Part shown: positions 18,886 through 28,601 of the stretch, piece by piece | How the letters are laid out: each line of letters opens with the position of its first letter | Position numbering within the stretch: the first letter of the stretch is position 1 | Source: Candidatus Latescibacterota bacterium | GTDB lineage: Bacteria; Latescibacterota; UBA2968 | Direction of reading: 5' to 3' | Assembly: GCA_965116885.1 (NCBI GenBank) | Contig: OZ220741.1 | Location: forward strand, 3,456,001-3,520,000 | DNA length: 64,000 bases | Program-made: the position numbers and the translations under genes | The notes under the pieces: generated by a model | Seen by the model: only the letters and a program-made list of their open reading frames with translations | What the model was told of the DNA's origin: nothing | The model's database searches: none

Positions 18886-19667
18886 TTCTTTCGAGCGAGC
18901 CAAATCTGTTCACCTCGATAAAGATAAGGACCCCGATGAAAGTTTCCATACAATTCCTGAATCTGATATCCACACAATTCTAGTAGATATTGCATTTCGT
19001 TCTTATAGATATGTCGTGTCTTATCGACATTATGAATCCTTGAAATCGTCTCGCCAGATTTGCTAATTTCTTCATAAGTATAATGCCATTCTGAAATTTG
19101 GGTCTCAAGATCACATTTCCGACTTCCCCAAAGAATAACACGATTTCCCGTCTCTGGATGATTTAACTCTTGTAGTTTTTTTATTGCTGTACCTCCACCA
19201 GATGCGGAGACAAGCTCATCCAAACTGGGATCACCATTATGTATTATCAAAAGTCCATTATCTAAAAGATGCTCATTGATGCATAGAAGAGACTTTCTTT
19301 GGTCTTCTGGTGTTAAGATGTGGTGGAAAGCTCTGTAGGGAATCAAGATGGTATTGAATCGGTTATTTAGCGAAAAATTACGCATGTCGCCTGAAACAAG
19401 GTTTATACTCTCCTGAACTTCATTACTGAGCTTCGAGACATTTTCTCTCGCTAATTCAAGCATATCAGAAGATGGCTCAAGCCCAAAAATATCTAAACCG
19501 GATTCAGCTATTGGGATCAACACTCGCCCTGTCCCACATCCGAGCTCCAAAACTGGGCCTCCCTCATTCTGGGCTTCTTGAATATAAAATGCTATATCAT
19601 CTTTCGTTTTTAGGGCGTCTTCTCGGGCATCATAAAGTTTAGCTCTGATACCTTGATAACTTTCCAT
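18882..19667 (-). CDS. Class I SAM-dependent methyltransferase
   Basis: VLELGCGTGRV, GDMRNF, HPETG, YLLELCGY; GGAGG RBS; AT-rich coding. Confidence 0.9.
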   Translation of the reverse strand: MESYQGIRAKLYDAREDALKTKDDIAFYIQEAQNEGGPVLELGCGTGRVLIPIAESGLDIFGLEPSSDMLELARENVSKLSNEVQESINLVSGDMRNFSLNNRFNTILIPYRAFHHILTPEDQRKSLLCINEHLLDNGLLIIHNGDPSLDELVSASGGGTAIKKLQELNHPETGNRVILWGSRKCDLETQISEWHYTYEEISKSGETISRIHNVDKTRHIYKNEMQYLLELCGYQIQELYGNFHRGPYLYRGEQIWLARKK

Positions 19668-19736
19668 AAATCCTCCATAAAATCACACATCAAGTAATTA
19701 GTATAAGGTTGAAAATAAACACTTTACAAGAAATAC

Positions 19737-19768
19737 TGCTTGATGCTAAATTGAAAACCAGCTATATT
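19737..19768 (+). promoter_or_regulatory. Sigma70-type promoter, copy 1 of a 32-bp perfect direct repeat
   Basis: TGCTTGATGCTAAATTGAAAACCAGCTATATT = TTGATG-17 bp-TATATT; identical to 23098-23129. Confidence 0.75.
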
Positions 19769-19862
19769 TTTTATAATCATTAGAGATGGATTGCAAGTAT
19801 CTTGTTTCTGGATTGGCTTAAAAGTTCTCAACTATTTTAATGGGAGGGAGGTGCGGGACACG

Positions 19863-20099
19863 ATGAAACAGACCATGGATGCCGTATATGAAAATGGAGT
19901 CTTCAAACCTTTGAATCCTCCTAAACTGTCTGAGGGTCAGCACGTCCGTATTGAAATAGAAATGTCTTTTGAAGAAAATTTCGATGATCTTCTTGAACTG
20001 GCTGCAAAGGTCTATGAGGGACTCTCCGATGACGATATCGACAGCATTGAGAAGATTGCACATGACCGTCGGGACTTTTTGGGATATAGAACCCAATAA
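19863..20099 (+). CDS. AF2212/DUF104-like antitoxin
   Basis: MKQTMDAVYENGVFKPL..LSEGQHVRI; GGAGG RBS; stop overlaps the PIN gene start (TAATG). Confidence 0.85.
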   Translation: MKQTMDAVYENGVFKPLNPPKLSEGQHVRIEIEMSFEENFDDLLELAAKVYEGLSDDDIDSIEKIAHDRRDFLGYRTQ

Positions 20100-20295
20100 T
20101 GGCGTTACCCAAAGTGATATTGGATACGGACATTCTCAGTGCTATTATGCGCCGACAATCCGCGGTCATTCCCACTGCTCGGGCCTATCTCAGAGAGCAC
20201 CATCAATAATGGTTCACAGACTTGGGATCGTTATCAACAATGAGAGACATTTTCAACGGATTGCCGATCTTCATGTAGAGAACTGGATAAAATAA
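20099..20295 (+). pseudogene. vapC: VapC/PIN toxin pseudogene (central part deleted)
   Basis: MALPKVILDTDILSAIMR...REHHQ then stop; the PIN C terminus (VHRLGIVINNERHFQRIADLHVENW) follows at once in another frame. Confidence 0.85.
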
Positions 20296-20437
20296 AGAAA
20301 TGGTGAAGCAGACAAGGAGGCATTGCAGGTTTTTAAGGTAGGTATCTCTGAAAGTGATTTGATATGGGATCTGACACACGACAACTCAGGACATGAAGTA
20401 TGGAACATTGCTGTCCAACAATGTCTATTCGTCAGCT

Positions 20438-22846
20438 CTATAAACGTCTGAGTGCCTTTACTGGGTCGGAATTCGCTGCACGAAGCGTCTGCGACCCAAC
20501 TACTGTGAGAACAACTGCTGCCATCACGGCAACAACACCACCGAACAGCCACAGACTCATTGTGGTCCGGAGGGGGAACTGGTTTAACCAGAGGTGGTTT
20601 GCAAACCACGCAGCAGGCGCTGCAAGTAGAACCGCCACAACAAGCATCAAGAGAAAATCCTTTGACAAGAGCACAGCGATCTGCCAAGAACTCGCTCCCA
20701 GAACCTTACGTATTGCAACTGCCTTGACCTGCATTTCCGTGACATGCATAGCTATTCCCAACATGCCAAGTAAGGCCAAAAGCACCCCGAAAGCGCTAAT
20801 CAGAGCAATGATATGCAAAACATCGGAATAGATTCTAGCGAGCATTCCTTTTTGGATTTGCGTCGTAAACAGATCGTACTCCACTTTCCAAGGACTTCCT
20901 AACTCAGCCCAGACCTGTTCGAGGTGCGCAACCGCCTCAGGCATATGGCCGGGTAACACGCGCACGTTTGCCCAATGTATGCCCGCTGGCTCACAGAGCA
21001 GTATGACAGGATCAATATCCATGCCTATGCCATATGTCTGAAAGTCTTCCAGAATCCCCACAATGGTAGGTTTCGTGTTCTTCCCTGACACGTTCAAGAT
21101 TTGACCTATCGCTTGCTCTTCGTTTTCCAGACCCAGCAGCCGAGTAGCGGTTCTATTGAGCAGCACACTCCTGTGAATATCCGATGGGCGATTGAAGTAA
21201 CGGCCTGCAAATAGCTTGAGTTTCAGGTTCGAAACAAAATTGTAGTCCACTATTAATTCGGAAACTGAAACTGTCTTAGGATCACCTCTCCCAATCGTCA
21301 CCGAACGTTCTGATCGCTCACCCTGCATCAGAATCTGTGAGGAACCAGAAATGAGCTCCACTGAGGGCGATTGCTCCATCGCCTGCCGGAACACGTCGTA
21401 GCCCACTCCCTGAAGCCGTACGTTCACTATATTTTCATGATCAAATCCATAGTCGGACGATACCATATATCGGAACTGCTGGTACACGAACAGGGTCGAG
21501 AGGACGAAGAATAACGACATGCCAAACTGCCCCACCACAAACATCCGATTGAATGACTTGGCTCGATCCTTTGTAAAACTTCCTCCCTTCAAGATCAAGA
21601 CTGGGACGAATCGGGAAAGATGAAGTGCGGGGTAGGTGCCCGCAAGAATGCCTACGCCTACGCTGAAGCCAAGGACAGTGAGATAGACCGTCAGATCTTT
21701 GAGAACGTCGAGCTTGATGCGGGCCAAGGGAAAAAATGAAGTAAAGAACATCTCGTTGAAAGCAGGAATTAACCATACCAACAGCCACATGGCAAAAAAC
21801 GTCGCCAGCAATACTGTTAGAATCGACTCCACCAATATTTGGCCAATGATCTGTCTGCGATATGCACCTACGACTTTCCGAATTGCCACCTCGTGGGCTC
21901 TGGCCATTGCTCTGGCCACAATTAAGTTGGTATAATTGTAGCACGCCCCTATCAGTATTATAGCGGCCAGAACACTAACAAAATAAACAGCCATGATAGG
22001 AACCATCCAACTAAGTTGGTTAACTCTCATGACGCTCAGGTTGACGTCGGTCAGTAAGTGGGCACTTGCCCTCTCTATCTGTCGATCTGTACCAGGAGGG
22101 TAGTGGTCTTGAATGATCTGTGTGAAGTATCTTTCCAGGACCGTTGGGTGGGTACCTTCTCGTAAGACCAGGAATGTGTATGTATCATTCAGGCCATCGC
22201 TCCACTGAGGAATGCCGCGGGGTGGCGCAAATTTCAAGGTCTCAAACGACACCAGGATCTGAAACCGTACATAGCTGGCCCCTAACGGATCCGCCAGGAC
22301 GCCCGTTACCTTGTATGGCGTCTGTCCGATCATCACAGTCTGATTCAGTGGGCTGGAATCTCCAAAGAATGCAACCGACTTGTTCTGCGAAAGCACGATG
22401 GAATTGGGTTCGGAAAGCGCGGTAGCGGGATTCCCCTCCACAAGAGCGAAATCGAATACCTCGAAAAACGACGGCTCGGCATAAAGGCCAGACACTTTAA
22501 TTTGACTTTGACTGCCGGGAAAGCCCATGGAACCACGGAATCTGCGTAACCGTGTCGTCACTTCTACATCTGGGCAGATATCTTGAAGAAGCGAAGCAAG
22601 ACTCGCAGGTGTCGTTGCGTAGGAGCGAACACGATCAGGCTGGGTGGGCGAACGGTAGTCGCAGATGGTGAGATAGATACGATCTGCCTTCTTGTGCCAT
22701 GCATCAGACGTTTTTTGGTATGACACAAACAAGATGATCAGCAGGCAGATCGACAGACTTGCTCCTAGTCCTAAAACGTTGATCATTGACAAGATTTTAT
22801 TCTTCAACAGATTCCGAACCGCTACAACCAGATAATTACGCAGCAT
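20438..22846 (-). CDS. ABC transporter permease (MacB/FtsX-like, duplicated domains)
   Basis: MLRNYLVVAVRNLLKNK, two copies of the (E/A)VAIRKVxGA motif, GTYPALHLS, terminal AANSDPVKALR. Confidence 0.92.
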   Translation of the reverse strand: MLRNYLVVAVRNLLKNKILSMINVLGLGASLSICLLIILFVSYQKTSDAWHKKADRIYLTICDYRSPTQPDRVRSYATTPASLASLLQDICPDVEVTTRLRRFRGSMGFPGSQSQIKVSGLYAEPSFFEVFDFALVEGNPATALSEPNSIVLSQNKSVAFFGDSSPLNQTVMIGQTPYKVTGVLADPLGASYVRFQILVSFETLKFAPPRGIPQWSDGLNDTYTFLVLREGTHPTVLERYFTQIIQDHYPPGTDRQIERASAHLLTDVNLSVMRVNQLSWMVPIMAVYFVSVLAAIILIGACYNYTNLIVARAMARAHEVAIRKVVGAYRRQIIGQILVESILTVLLATFFAMWLLVWLIPAFNEMFFTSFFPLARIKLDVLKDLTVYLTVLGFSVGVGILAGTYPALHLSRFVPVLILKGGSFTKDRAKSFNRMFVVGQFGMSLFFVLSTLFVYQQFRYMVSSDYGFDHENIVNVRLQGVGYDVFRQAMEQSPSVELISGSSQILMQGERSERSVTIGRGDPKTVSVSELIVDYNFVSNLKLKLFAGRYFNRPSDIHRSVLLNRTATRLLGLENEEQAIGQILNVSGKNTKPTIVGILEDFQTYGIGMDIDPVILLCEPAGIHWANVRVLPGHMPEAVAHLEQVWAELGSPWKVEYDLFTTQIQKGMLARIYSDVLHIIALISAFGVLLALLGMLGIAMHVTEMQVKAVAIRKVLGASSWQIAVLLSKDFLLMLVVAVLLAAPAAWFANHLWLNQFPLRTTMSLWLFGGVVAVMAAVVLTVVGSQTLRAANSDPVKALRRL

Positions 22847-23045
22847 TATAGCCTCTTAGAGTTTGACTCGATTTGGTGTGTACCTTAGATCCTATATGAA
22901 AGATAAGAAGAAGAGACTGCGAATACAAACCTGAAGTTACCCCACAAAACGGGTCAAATCCAGGCTGTTACACAATGGCATGCTTAGGGTAGGGGGAGGC
23001 TTGGCAGGACGTCAAGCTTGGGGAAGCGCTTTTAAATAATAAAAA

Positions 23046-23060
23046 TGACAGCTATTGTCA
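23046..23060. promoter_or_regulatory. Candidate operator palindrome in a divergent promoter region
   Basis: TGACA-GCTAT-TGTCA, about 40 bp upstream of the repeated promoter. Confidence 0.35.
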
Positions 23061-23097
23061 GTATGAACATAAAAAATAAATATCTTACAAGGAGCAT

Positions 23098-23129
23098 TGC
23101 TTGATGCTAAATTGAAAACCAGCTATATT
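23098..23129 (+). promoter_or_regulatory. Sigma70-type promoter, copy 2 of the 32-bp direct repeat
   Basis: Identical to 19737-19768; looser similarity extends over about 23061-23148 versus 19701-19785. Confidence 0.75.
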
Positions 23130-23211
23130 CTCTTACATCTCATTAGAGCACGATATCTACGAAGAACTTGGCCTTATCGCCACCCAGAAGTTACTTTAGG
23201 AGTAAAACACT

Positions 23212-24810
23212 ATGGATCGCGACTTAATCGCCCACTGGCCGTTCCGAGAAAACCTGAAAGACCATTCCGAAAGTGGTCTGCCCATCCAAAATCACGGTGT
23301 TGAAATCGGGGAATCAGGTGGACGAAGAAGCGCCCAATTCAACGGGGCGGAAACCTTTCTGGAAGTTCCCTGCAACCTGTCTATAGGGACAGGCGATTTT
23401 TCATGCGCGGGATGGATCTATACGGAAGAAACCGAAGTGGTCGGCGACATCCTCAGCCAATTCGATCCGGAAACCCGCCATGGATGGCAGGTCTCGGTCC
23501 TCACCAATACCGGAATGACTTCCACCGCTCAATCGAATTGCCGCAATCTCCACTTCGGCATCGACAATGGGCATCTCGGGTCCTGGACGGATTGTGGGCG
23601 TCCCGGTCAGGCGGTCAAAATATCTGCACTTTCAACACTGGGCGGACACCTGTACGCCGGGACCTTCGAGAACGGCAAAGAAGAGGTCGGTCACCTGTGG
23701 CGCTACGAAGGGGAAAACCGCTGGACCGACCTGGGCAATCCAGTGGGGTGCAACTCCGTCAACGCCGTCGTCGAATTTCAAGGCGCGCTCTACTGTGCTC
23801 TTGGCCGGTATAATTCCAGCGGATCCGCCATGGGCGATCCCCTGAATACCACACCGGGCGGCCAGGTTTATCGGGTCGATGCCGACGGTCAATGGACCTT
23901 CTGCGGGCATCCAGGCATCGAAGACGCCACACCCGAAGAAACACCCACCACGGGACATAACACGGGCAAAGCCGATAACGCCACCGCCCTCACAGTTTAT
24001 CAGGGGCGGCTCTACGCCACCAGCCTCTACCGCGAGGGTGCCTTTGTCTATGATGGCGGCACCACCTGGACGCCCATAGGTCCAGACGTGCGGCTGATGA
24101 GTTTCACCGTCTATCGGGACCGGCTCTACACCCTCGTCAACGGCGGCCCGGTTCTTCGCTACGAAGGCAATGCTGAATGGACCGACTGCGGTTGTCCCGA
24201 AACCTCCACCCAGACCTACTCGGCGGTTACTTTCAAGGGGCAACTCTATGTCGGCACCTGGCCTCAGGGCGAAGTCTATCGATATGACGGCAACAAGACC
24301 TGGACCTGTTTGGGTCGGGCTGGGTACGAACGCGAAATCATGGCCATGGGACTTTACAACGGCAAGGTCTATATCGGCTCGCTCCCAATGGCCAATGTCT
24401 GGCGGATGGACGGCAATCAATTCACATTTCTGGAGTCTCTGGACCGCACGTCCGCGCCCCTGCGGCGGGTCTGGTCCATGGCCGTTTATCAGGGTCGCCT
24501 CTATGCCGGCACCCTGCCGTCCGGACATGTCTATTCGGTCGAAGCCGGAAAAGTCGCCACCTGGGACCACGCATTTCCCAAAGGATGGCGACACGTAGCC
24601 GCTGTCAAGCAGGGCGGCGTTCTGACCCTGTACGTCGATGGAACCCCTGTCGCTACAACAGACAGCTTCAATCCAAAACGCTACGATCTCAATCCCAATT
24701 GTCCCCTCTTAATCGGCTTTGGTGCCCACGACTATTTCAAAGGCGCCCTGCGAGACATTCGTATCTATCGCCGGGGCCTCACACAACGGGAAATCCAGCG
24801 CCTTCAGTGA
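23212..24810 (+). CDS. LamG/concanavalin-like domain protein with inserted beta-propeller
   Basis: LamG N half (LIAHWPF, DFSCAGWI) and C half (WRHVAAV..LYVDG..FKGALRDIRIY) flank repeats of GxLYxGT..GxVYRYDG..W. Confidence 0.8.
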   Translation: MDRDLIAHWPFRENLKDHSESGLPIQNHGVEIGESGGRRSAQFNGAETFLEVPCNLSIGTGDFSCAGWIYTEETEVVGDILSQFDPETRHGWQVSVLTNTGMTSTAQSNCRNLHFGIDNGHLGSWTDCGRPGQAVKISALSTLGGHLYAGTFENGKEEVGHLWRYEGENRWTDLGNPVGCNSVNAVVEFQGALYCALGRYNSSGSAMGDPLNTTPGGQVYRVDADGQWTFCGHPGIEDATPEETPTTGHNTGKADNATALTVYQGRLYATSLYREGAFVYDGGTTWTPIGPDVRLMSFTVYRDRLYTLVNGGPVLRYEGNAEWTDCGCPETSTQTYSAVTFKGQLYVGTWPQGEVYRYDGNKTWTCLGRAGYEREIMAMGLYNGKVYIGSLPMANVWRMDGNQFTFLESLDRTSAPLRRVWSMAVYQGRLYAGTLPSGHVYSVEAGKVATWDHAFPKGWRHVAAVKQGGVLTLYVDGTPVATTDSFNPKRYDLNPNCPLLIGFGAHDYFKGALRDIRIYRRGLTQREIQRLQ

Positions 24811-25814
24811 CGGCTCTTCAGCCACCAGCGCATGGTATTACTGACCATATCCGCCGCGTCTCGTTGAACCCAATGGCCGCTGCTGGGGATGGTGACGAGT
24901 GTGTAGTCTTTGTTGATCCAATTCCACGTGTCGCGTAACCCGTCTTTGTCAACAGCCTTGTCTTTCAACCCGTGGAATTGCAATACGGGCATGGTGAGAT
25001 TGGGCATCTTCATGCTCTGGCCAGACCCCGCAGTTAGACCGCTATAGGCCGCCCGGTAGTAGTCGAGCATGCCCTTGACCGAGGATTGGGAGAACGCATT
25101 GATGTAGCGCTGCCGCACTTCGTCTGAGGCATTACCCACCGAAATACGTGTAAGCACCTCGGGCGAGAACCGTTTTTCGTATCCAGGCGTTTGAAAGTCG
25201 GTAATGTATTGCGTATTCCTCTTTTGCTCTGCCGTCGCGTTACGCAGCACGGTGCCGTAGCCCTTCGGATGAGTCAGATTGCAGATCACCAGCTTGTTGA
25301 CGAGTTGCGGATAGTGCATGGCGAATCGCCACGAAATAGCGCCACCCCAATCGTGACCAACGAGGGTGACCGAGTTGACCGCCAGATCCTTGATTACAGC
25401 TTCGACATCCGACATGAGATGGGACATGGTGTAGTGTTCCACGCCTTCGGGCTTGCCGCTCTTGTTGTAGGCGCGTGTGTCCATAGCGACGGTCTTATAG
25501 CTGTCGGAAAGAGCGGCCATCTGTTCGCGCCAGGTGTACCAAAAATCGGGAAAGCCATGGACAAAGAGAATAACGGGGCCTTCGCCCAGGGTGACGTAGT
25601 GGAGTGTCACCCCGTCGTTATCCGTCTCATGGTGCTCGACGCGGTCGAATACATCTGCCTTGACGTTAGCTATCGGGGATTTGACAGCACCTTTTAGGCG
25701 TTCCTGCTGCGCCTGCCCCTGGGCGAAGAAAATGCAGGAGCAATAGGCAGTGACCACCAGTATTGAGCGTGTCATGCGTTGTTTGGTTCGTTGTGATAGT
25801 TTCATGGCGTTCAT
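24804..25814 (-). CDS. Alpha/beta hydrolase (epoxide hydrolase-like), probably exported
   Basis: HGFP, GHDWGG nucleophile elbow, GHWVQ; signal-like N terminus. Confidence 0.9.
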   Translation of the reverse strand: MNAMKLSQRTKQRMTRSILVVTAYCSCIFFAQGQAQQERLKGAVKSPIANVKADVFDRVEHHETDNDGVTLHYVTLGEGPVILFVHGFPDFWYTWREQMAALSDSYKTVAMDTRAYNKSGKPEGVEHYTMSHLMSDVEAVIKDLAVNSVTLVGHDWGGAISWRFAMHYPQLVNKLVICNLTHPKGYGTVLRNATAEQKRNTQYITDFQTPGYEKRFSPEVLTRISVGNASDEVRQRYINAFSQSSVKGMLDYYRAAYSGLTAGSGQSMKMPNLTMPVLQFHGLKDKAVDKDGLRDTWNWINKDYTLVTIPSSGHWVQRDAADMVSNTMRWWLKSRH

Positions 25815-25834
25815 CGTTCCAATGGTTTGAGGGA

Positions 25835-27037
25835 TCAGGCTTTTGATGTTTGTTGGGCTTTACACGCTTGTTTCCAGACATGGTGTTCTGCCATCATCTT
25901 TTCAACTTTTTCAGGGGCGGTCGTACGCAGGTCGCGTTGTTCGTCGGGATCGGTGCTCAGATCGAACAGGCCATCTGGTTTGCCGTCTGTGGCGTGGAGT
26001 TTTAGATTGCCCTCACGGACCGCGTCCTCTGTTCTATACGTCCAGTGCAAGGTGCGATCCAGGGGTTGCTCTTTGCCTTCGAAGAGTGACCACACGTTTT
26101 GGGCGTCAATGATGCGGTCGTTGGGTACAGTTGCACCGGCGAGAGCAGCGAATGTGGCGTAGAGATCGTAGTGTACCCAGGGGGTATGGATTTTTGTATT
26201 TGGAGCGATTTTTCCCGGCCAGACCGCGTTGCAGATGACCCTTAGTGAACGTTCCCAGAGAGTTCGGCCATAACCATTGGTCCGGCTGCCTCCCTGGTCG
26301 CTCAGGAATACGATGAGCGTGTTTTCCGCAATACCGGCATGGAGTACTGCATCCAGCACGCGCCCCACGCACAGGTCCAGGTATTCGACCATATACTGGT
26401 AGTTTACCATTGGGTCATCGCTGTGATAGTATCCGGGTGGGGCCTGATAGGGGCCGTGTGGGGCATAAAAGGCGAGATTCAGGTAGAAGGGCTTGGCCTT
26501 TTGGGATTGGCGGTTGATAAATTTGATGGCTTCATCCGTAAACAGGGTGTCGAAGTAACCCTCGTCCGCTATGGGTTCCAGGCCGCGAAAAAAGTGGCTT
26601 TTCATGTCGCGGTTGTACAGGTGGGTGTAGTAGTCGGCATGGCCTGCGTTGCTGCCGTAAAATTGATGAAAGCCGTGGTGTAACGGATTAAATTTTGCGG
26701 CATATCCCAGGTTCCATTTTCCAAACAGCCCTGTTGTGTATCCGGCATTTCGCAAAAGTCTGGCTATAGAGACTTCCCGGAGTGAGAGTCCGGATTCCGG
26801 ATCGTCTGGGCGTGTCTGTGAGTTGATGCCAACCCGATACGGATGCCTGCCCGTGTTCCAGGCACAACGCGCGGGTGAACACAGCGGGGTTGCGATCAGG
26901 CAGTTGTCGAATACAACGCCCTCGCTCGCCATTGTGTTCAGTCTGGGAGTTTCGAATATCCCTTCGCCATAATAATCAACTGCTTCGCAACCGAGGTTGT
27001 CGGCGACCATGAAGATGATATTGGGCTTGTTTTTCAT
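25835..27037 (-). CDS. Arylsulfatase-family sulfatase
   Basis: PNIIFMVADN, CSPAR, GKWNLG, APHGP. Confidence 0.92.
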   Translation of the reverse strand: MKNKPNIIFMVADNLGCEAVDYYGEGIFETPRLNTMASEGVVFDNCLIATPLCSPARCAWNTGRHPYRVGINSQTRPDDPESGLSLREVSIARLLRNAGYTTGLFGKWNLGYAAKFNPLHHGFHQFYGSNAGHADYYTHLYNRDMKSHFFRGLEPIADEGYFDTLFTDEAIKFINRQSQKAKPFYLNLAFYAPHGPYQAPPGYYHSDDPMVNYQYMVEYLDLCVGRVLDAVLHAGIAENTLIVFLSDQGGSRTNGYGRTLWERSLRVICNAVWPGKIAPNTKIHTPWVHYDLYATFAALAGATVPNDRIIDAQNVWSLFEGKEQPLDRTLHWTYRTEDAVREGNLKLHATDGKPDGLFDLSTDPDEQRDLRTTAPEKVEKMMAEHHVWKQACKAQQTSKA

Positions 27038-27097
27038 TGGTATTTCCTTAATTGCTTGAAAAATATAAATTTATGGTTATGGAGATCAGAGACAATA

Positions 27098-28519
27098 TCA
27101 GTTCTGGGGCTCGGGATGGCTCGCATTGGCCAGTTCGCGCAGTACATCGACCGCGAGGAGGACATCTTTCCTTCTACAGTCGAACTGACCGACCTGGAAG
27201 CGAATGACGAACTGTCCTTCATGGATCGTCTGCGTCAGGTAGATTCGGCCGTCATCATTGACCGCGCGGAGCAGGCGTTCGGTGGCGTCGTTGGCATTCT
27301 CACTGTTGGGGGCGTACTGGAACGTGAAGAGCGAAAGGTGGCAGTCCGTTGTCAGGCGAAAGCCGTCCAGAGATGCGATCGCGGCAGCGGCCTCTTCAGC
27401 CCAGGCAATATGGTTTCGGATGCGCTGTCGGAGGTCTTTGAGGCCGTGGGCGCGGAGCAGGAACCAGAGCTTTAAGGCTCGGAATCGACGTCCCAGGGGG
27501 ATCGTCCACTCGCTGTAATTGGTGATCTCGGTTTGACCGAGGGTCTGGAGGTAATCCGGACGGATGCCGAGGGTGCGAACCTGTGGTTCCGGGTCCGCGA
27601 GAAACTGGATTGAGCAGTCGAACTGCGCACCGAGCCACTTGTGGGGGTTGAAGGCGATGCTGTCGGCTTCCTCGACACCCGCCCACAACTCCCGTAGCTC
27701 GGGACAGATCATCGCGGAACCGGCCCACGCGGCGTCGATGTGGACGTAGAGATCATGCTCTCGTGCCACTTCGATGGTCTGGCGCACATGGTCGGACGCG
27801 CCAATTGATGTGCCTCCAACACAGAGGACGACACCGGCCGGGAGAAAACCCGCGGCGCGATCTGCGTTGATTGCCCGACGGAGTGCCTCCGGGTCGAGTG
27901 CCCAGGAACCATCGGTCGGAACTTTGACCAGATTTCGTTGGCCGATACCGGCGATGCGAATCGCCTTGTCAACCGACGAGTGGGTCTCCGGTGATGCGTA
28001 GATCCGGAGTTGTTTCTCTCCCGCTATTCCAGAGTCGATTCCTCGCCAGCCGAGTGTGCGCTCGCGCATCGTCAGTACGGCGCAGACATTTGCCGACGTT
28101 CCCGCATCCTGGATAACCCCCTGGAACCCTTCTGGTAGCCCGAGTGCCTGACGCATCCAGTCGGTCATTCGAGTTTCAATCTCCGTAGCTGCGGGTGAGG
28201 TCTGCCAGAGCATGCACTGGGCCGCCATGACCGCCGTCAGATTCTCGGCGATCATCGAAACCGGCGCAGCATTGGCGCTGAAGTACGCAAAAAAGCGCCG
28301 GTGTTGCCAGTGCGTCATGCCGTCCGGCACAATGCGCTCGAAGTCGGCAAAGATCGTTTCCATGCCTGCTGGCTCTTCCGGTGGCGATAGAGGCAGCATC
28401 GCAGCGATCTCGCCTGGTTCGGTCTGCGCTCGTACGGGCCGCTCTTCGAGCGTGGTCAGGTATTCGGCGCCCCACTGTGCTGCTCGTTCAGCCCATTGAT
28501 AGTAGTCTTCTCGTTTCAA
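27098..28519 (-). CDS. PLP-dependent aromatic L-amino acid decarboxylase (group II)
   Basis: THWQH..FFAYF, SPAATEIE, HIDAAWAG, NPHKW (PLP lysine), GRRFRALKLWF. Confidence 0.9.
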   Translation of the reverse strand: MKREDYYQWAERAAQWGAEYLTTLEERPVRAQTEPGEIAAMLPLSPPEEPAGMETIFADFERIVPDGMTHWQHRRFFAYFSANAAPVSMIAENLTAVMAAQCMLWQTSPAATEIETRMTDWMRQALGLPEGFQGVIQDAGTSANVCAVLTMRERTLGWRGIDSGIAGEKQLRIYASPETHSSVDKAIRIAGIGQRNLVKVPTDGSWALDPEALRRAINADRAAGFLPAGVVLCVGGTSIGASDHVRQTIEVAREHDLYVHIDAAWAGSAMICPELRELWAGVEEADSIAFNPHKWLGAQFDCSIQFLADPEPQVRTLGIRPDYLQTLGQTEITNYSEWTIPLGRRFRALKLWFLLRAHGLKDLRQRIRNHIAWAEEAAAAIASLDGFRLTTDCHLSLFTFQYAPNSENANDATERLLRAVNDDGRIYLTQTIHEGQFVIRFQVGQFDCRRKDVLLAVDVLRELANASHPEPQN

Positions 28520-28601
28520 TGCATTGCGTCCAGGTTTTTAGAAATTGAGTTCTTCAAAGGTAGTTGTGGCGTCAGCATTTTGTTGTCCTTCAATAAATCG
28601 C

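Noticed and set aside
299..19667. Secondary-metabolite biosynthetic gene cluster
   Set aside because: Many tailoring enzymes but no scaffold enzyme (PKS, NRPS, terpene synthase) or RiPP precursor, and composition is heterogeneous.
23632..24594. Long antisense ORFs (also 39563..40969, 7779..8624, 59920..60813)
   Set aside because: Shadow frames of GC-rich genes with clear motifs on the other strand.
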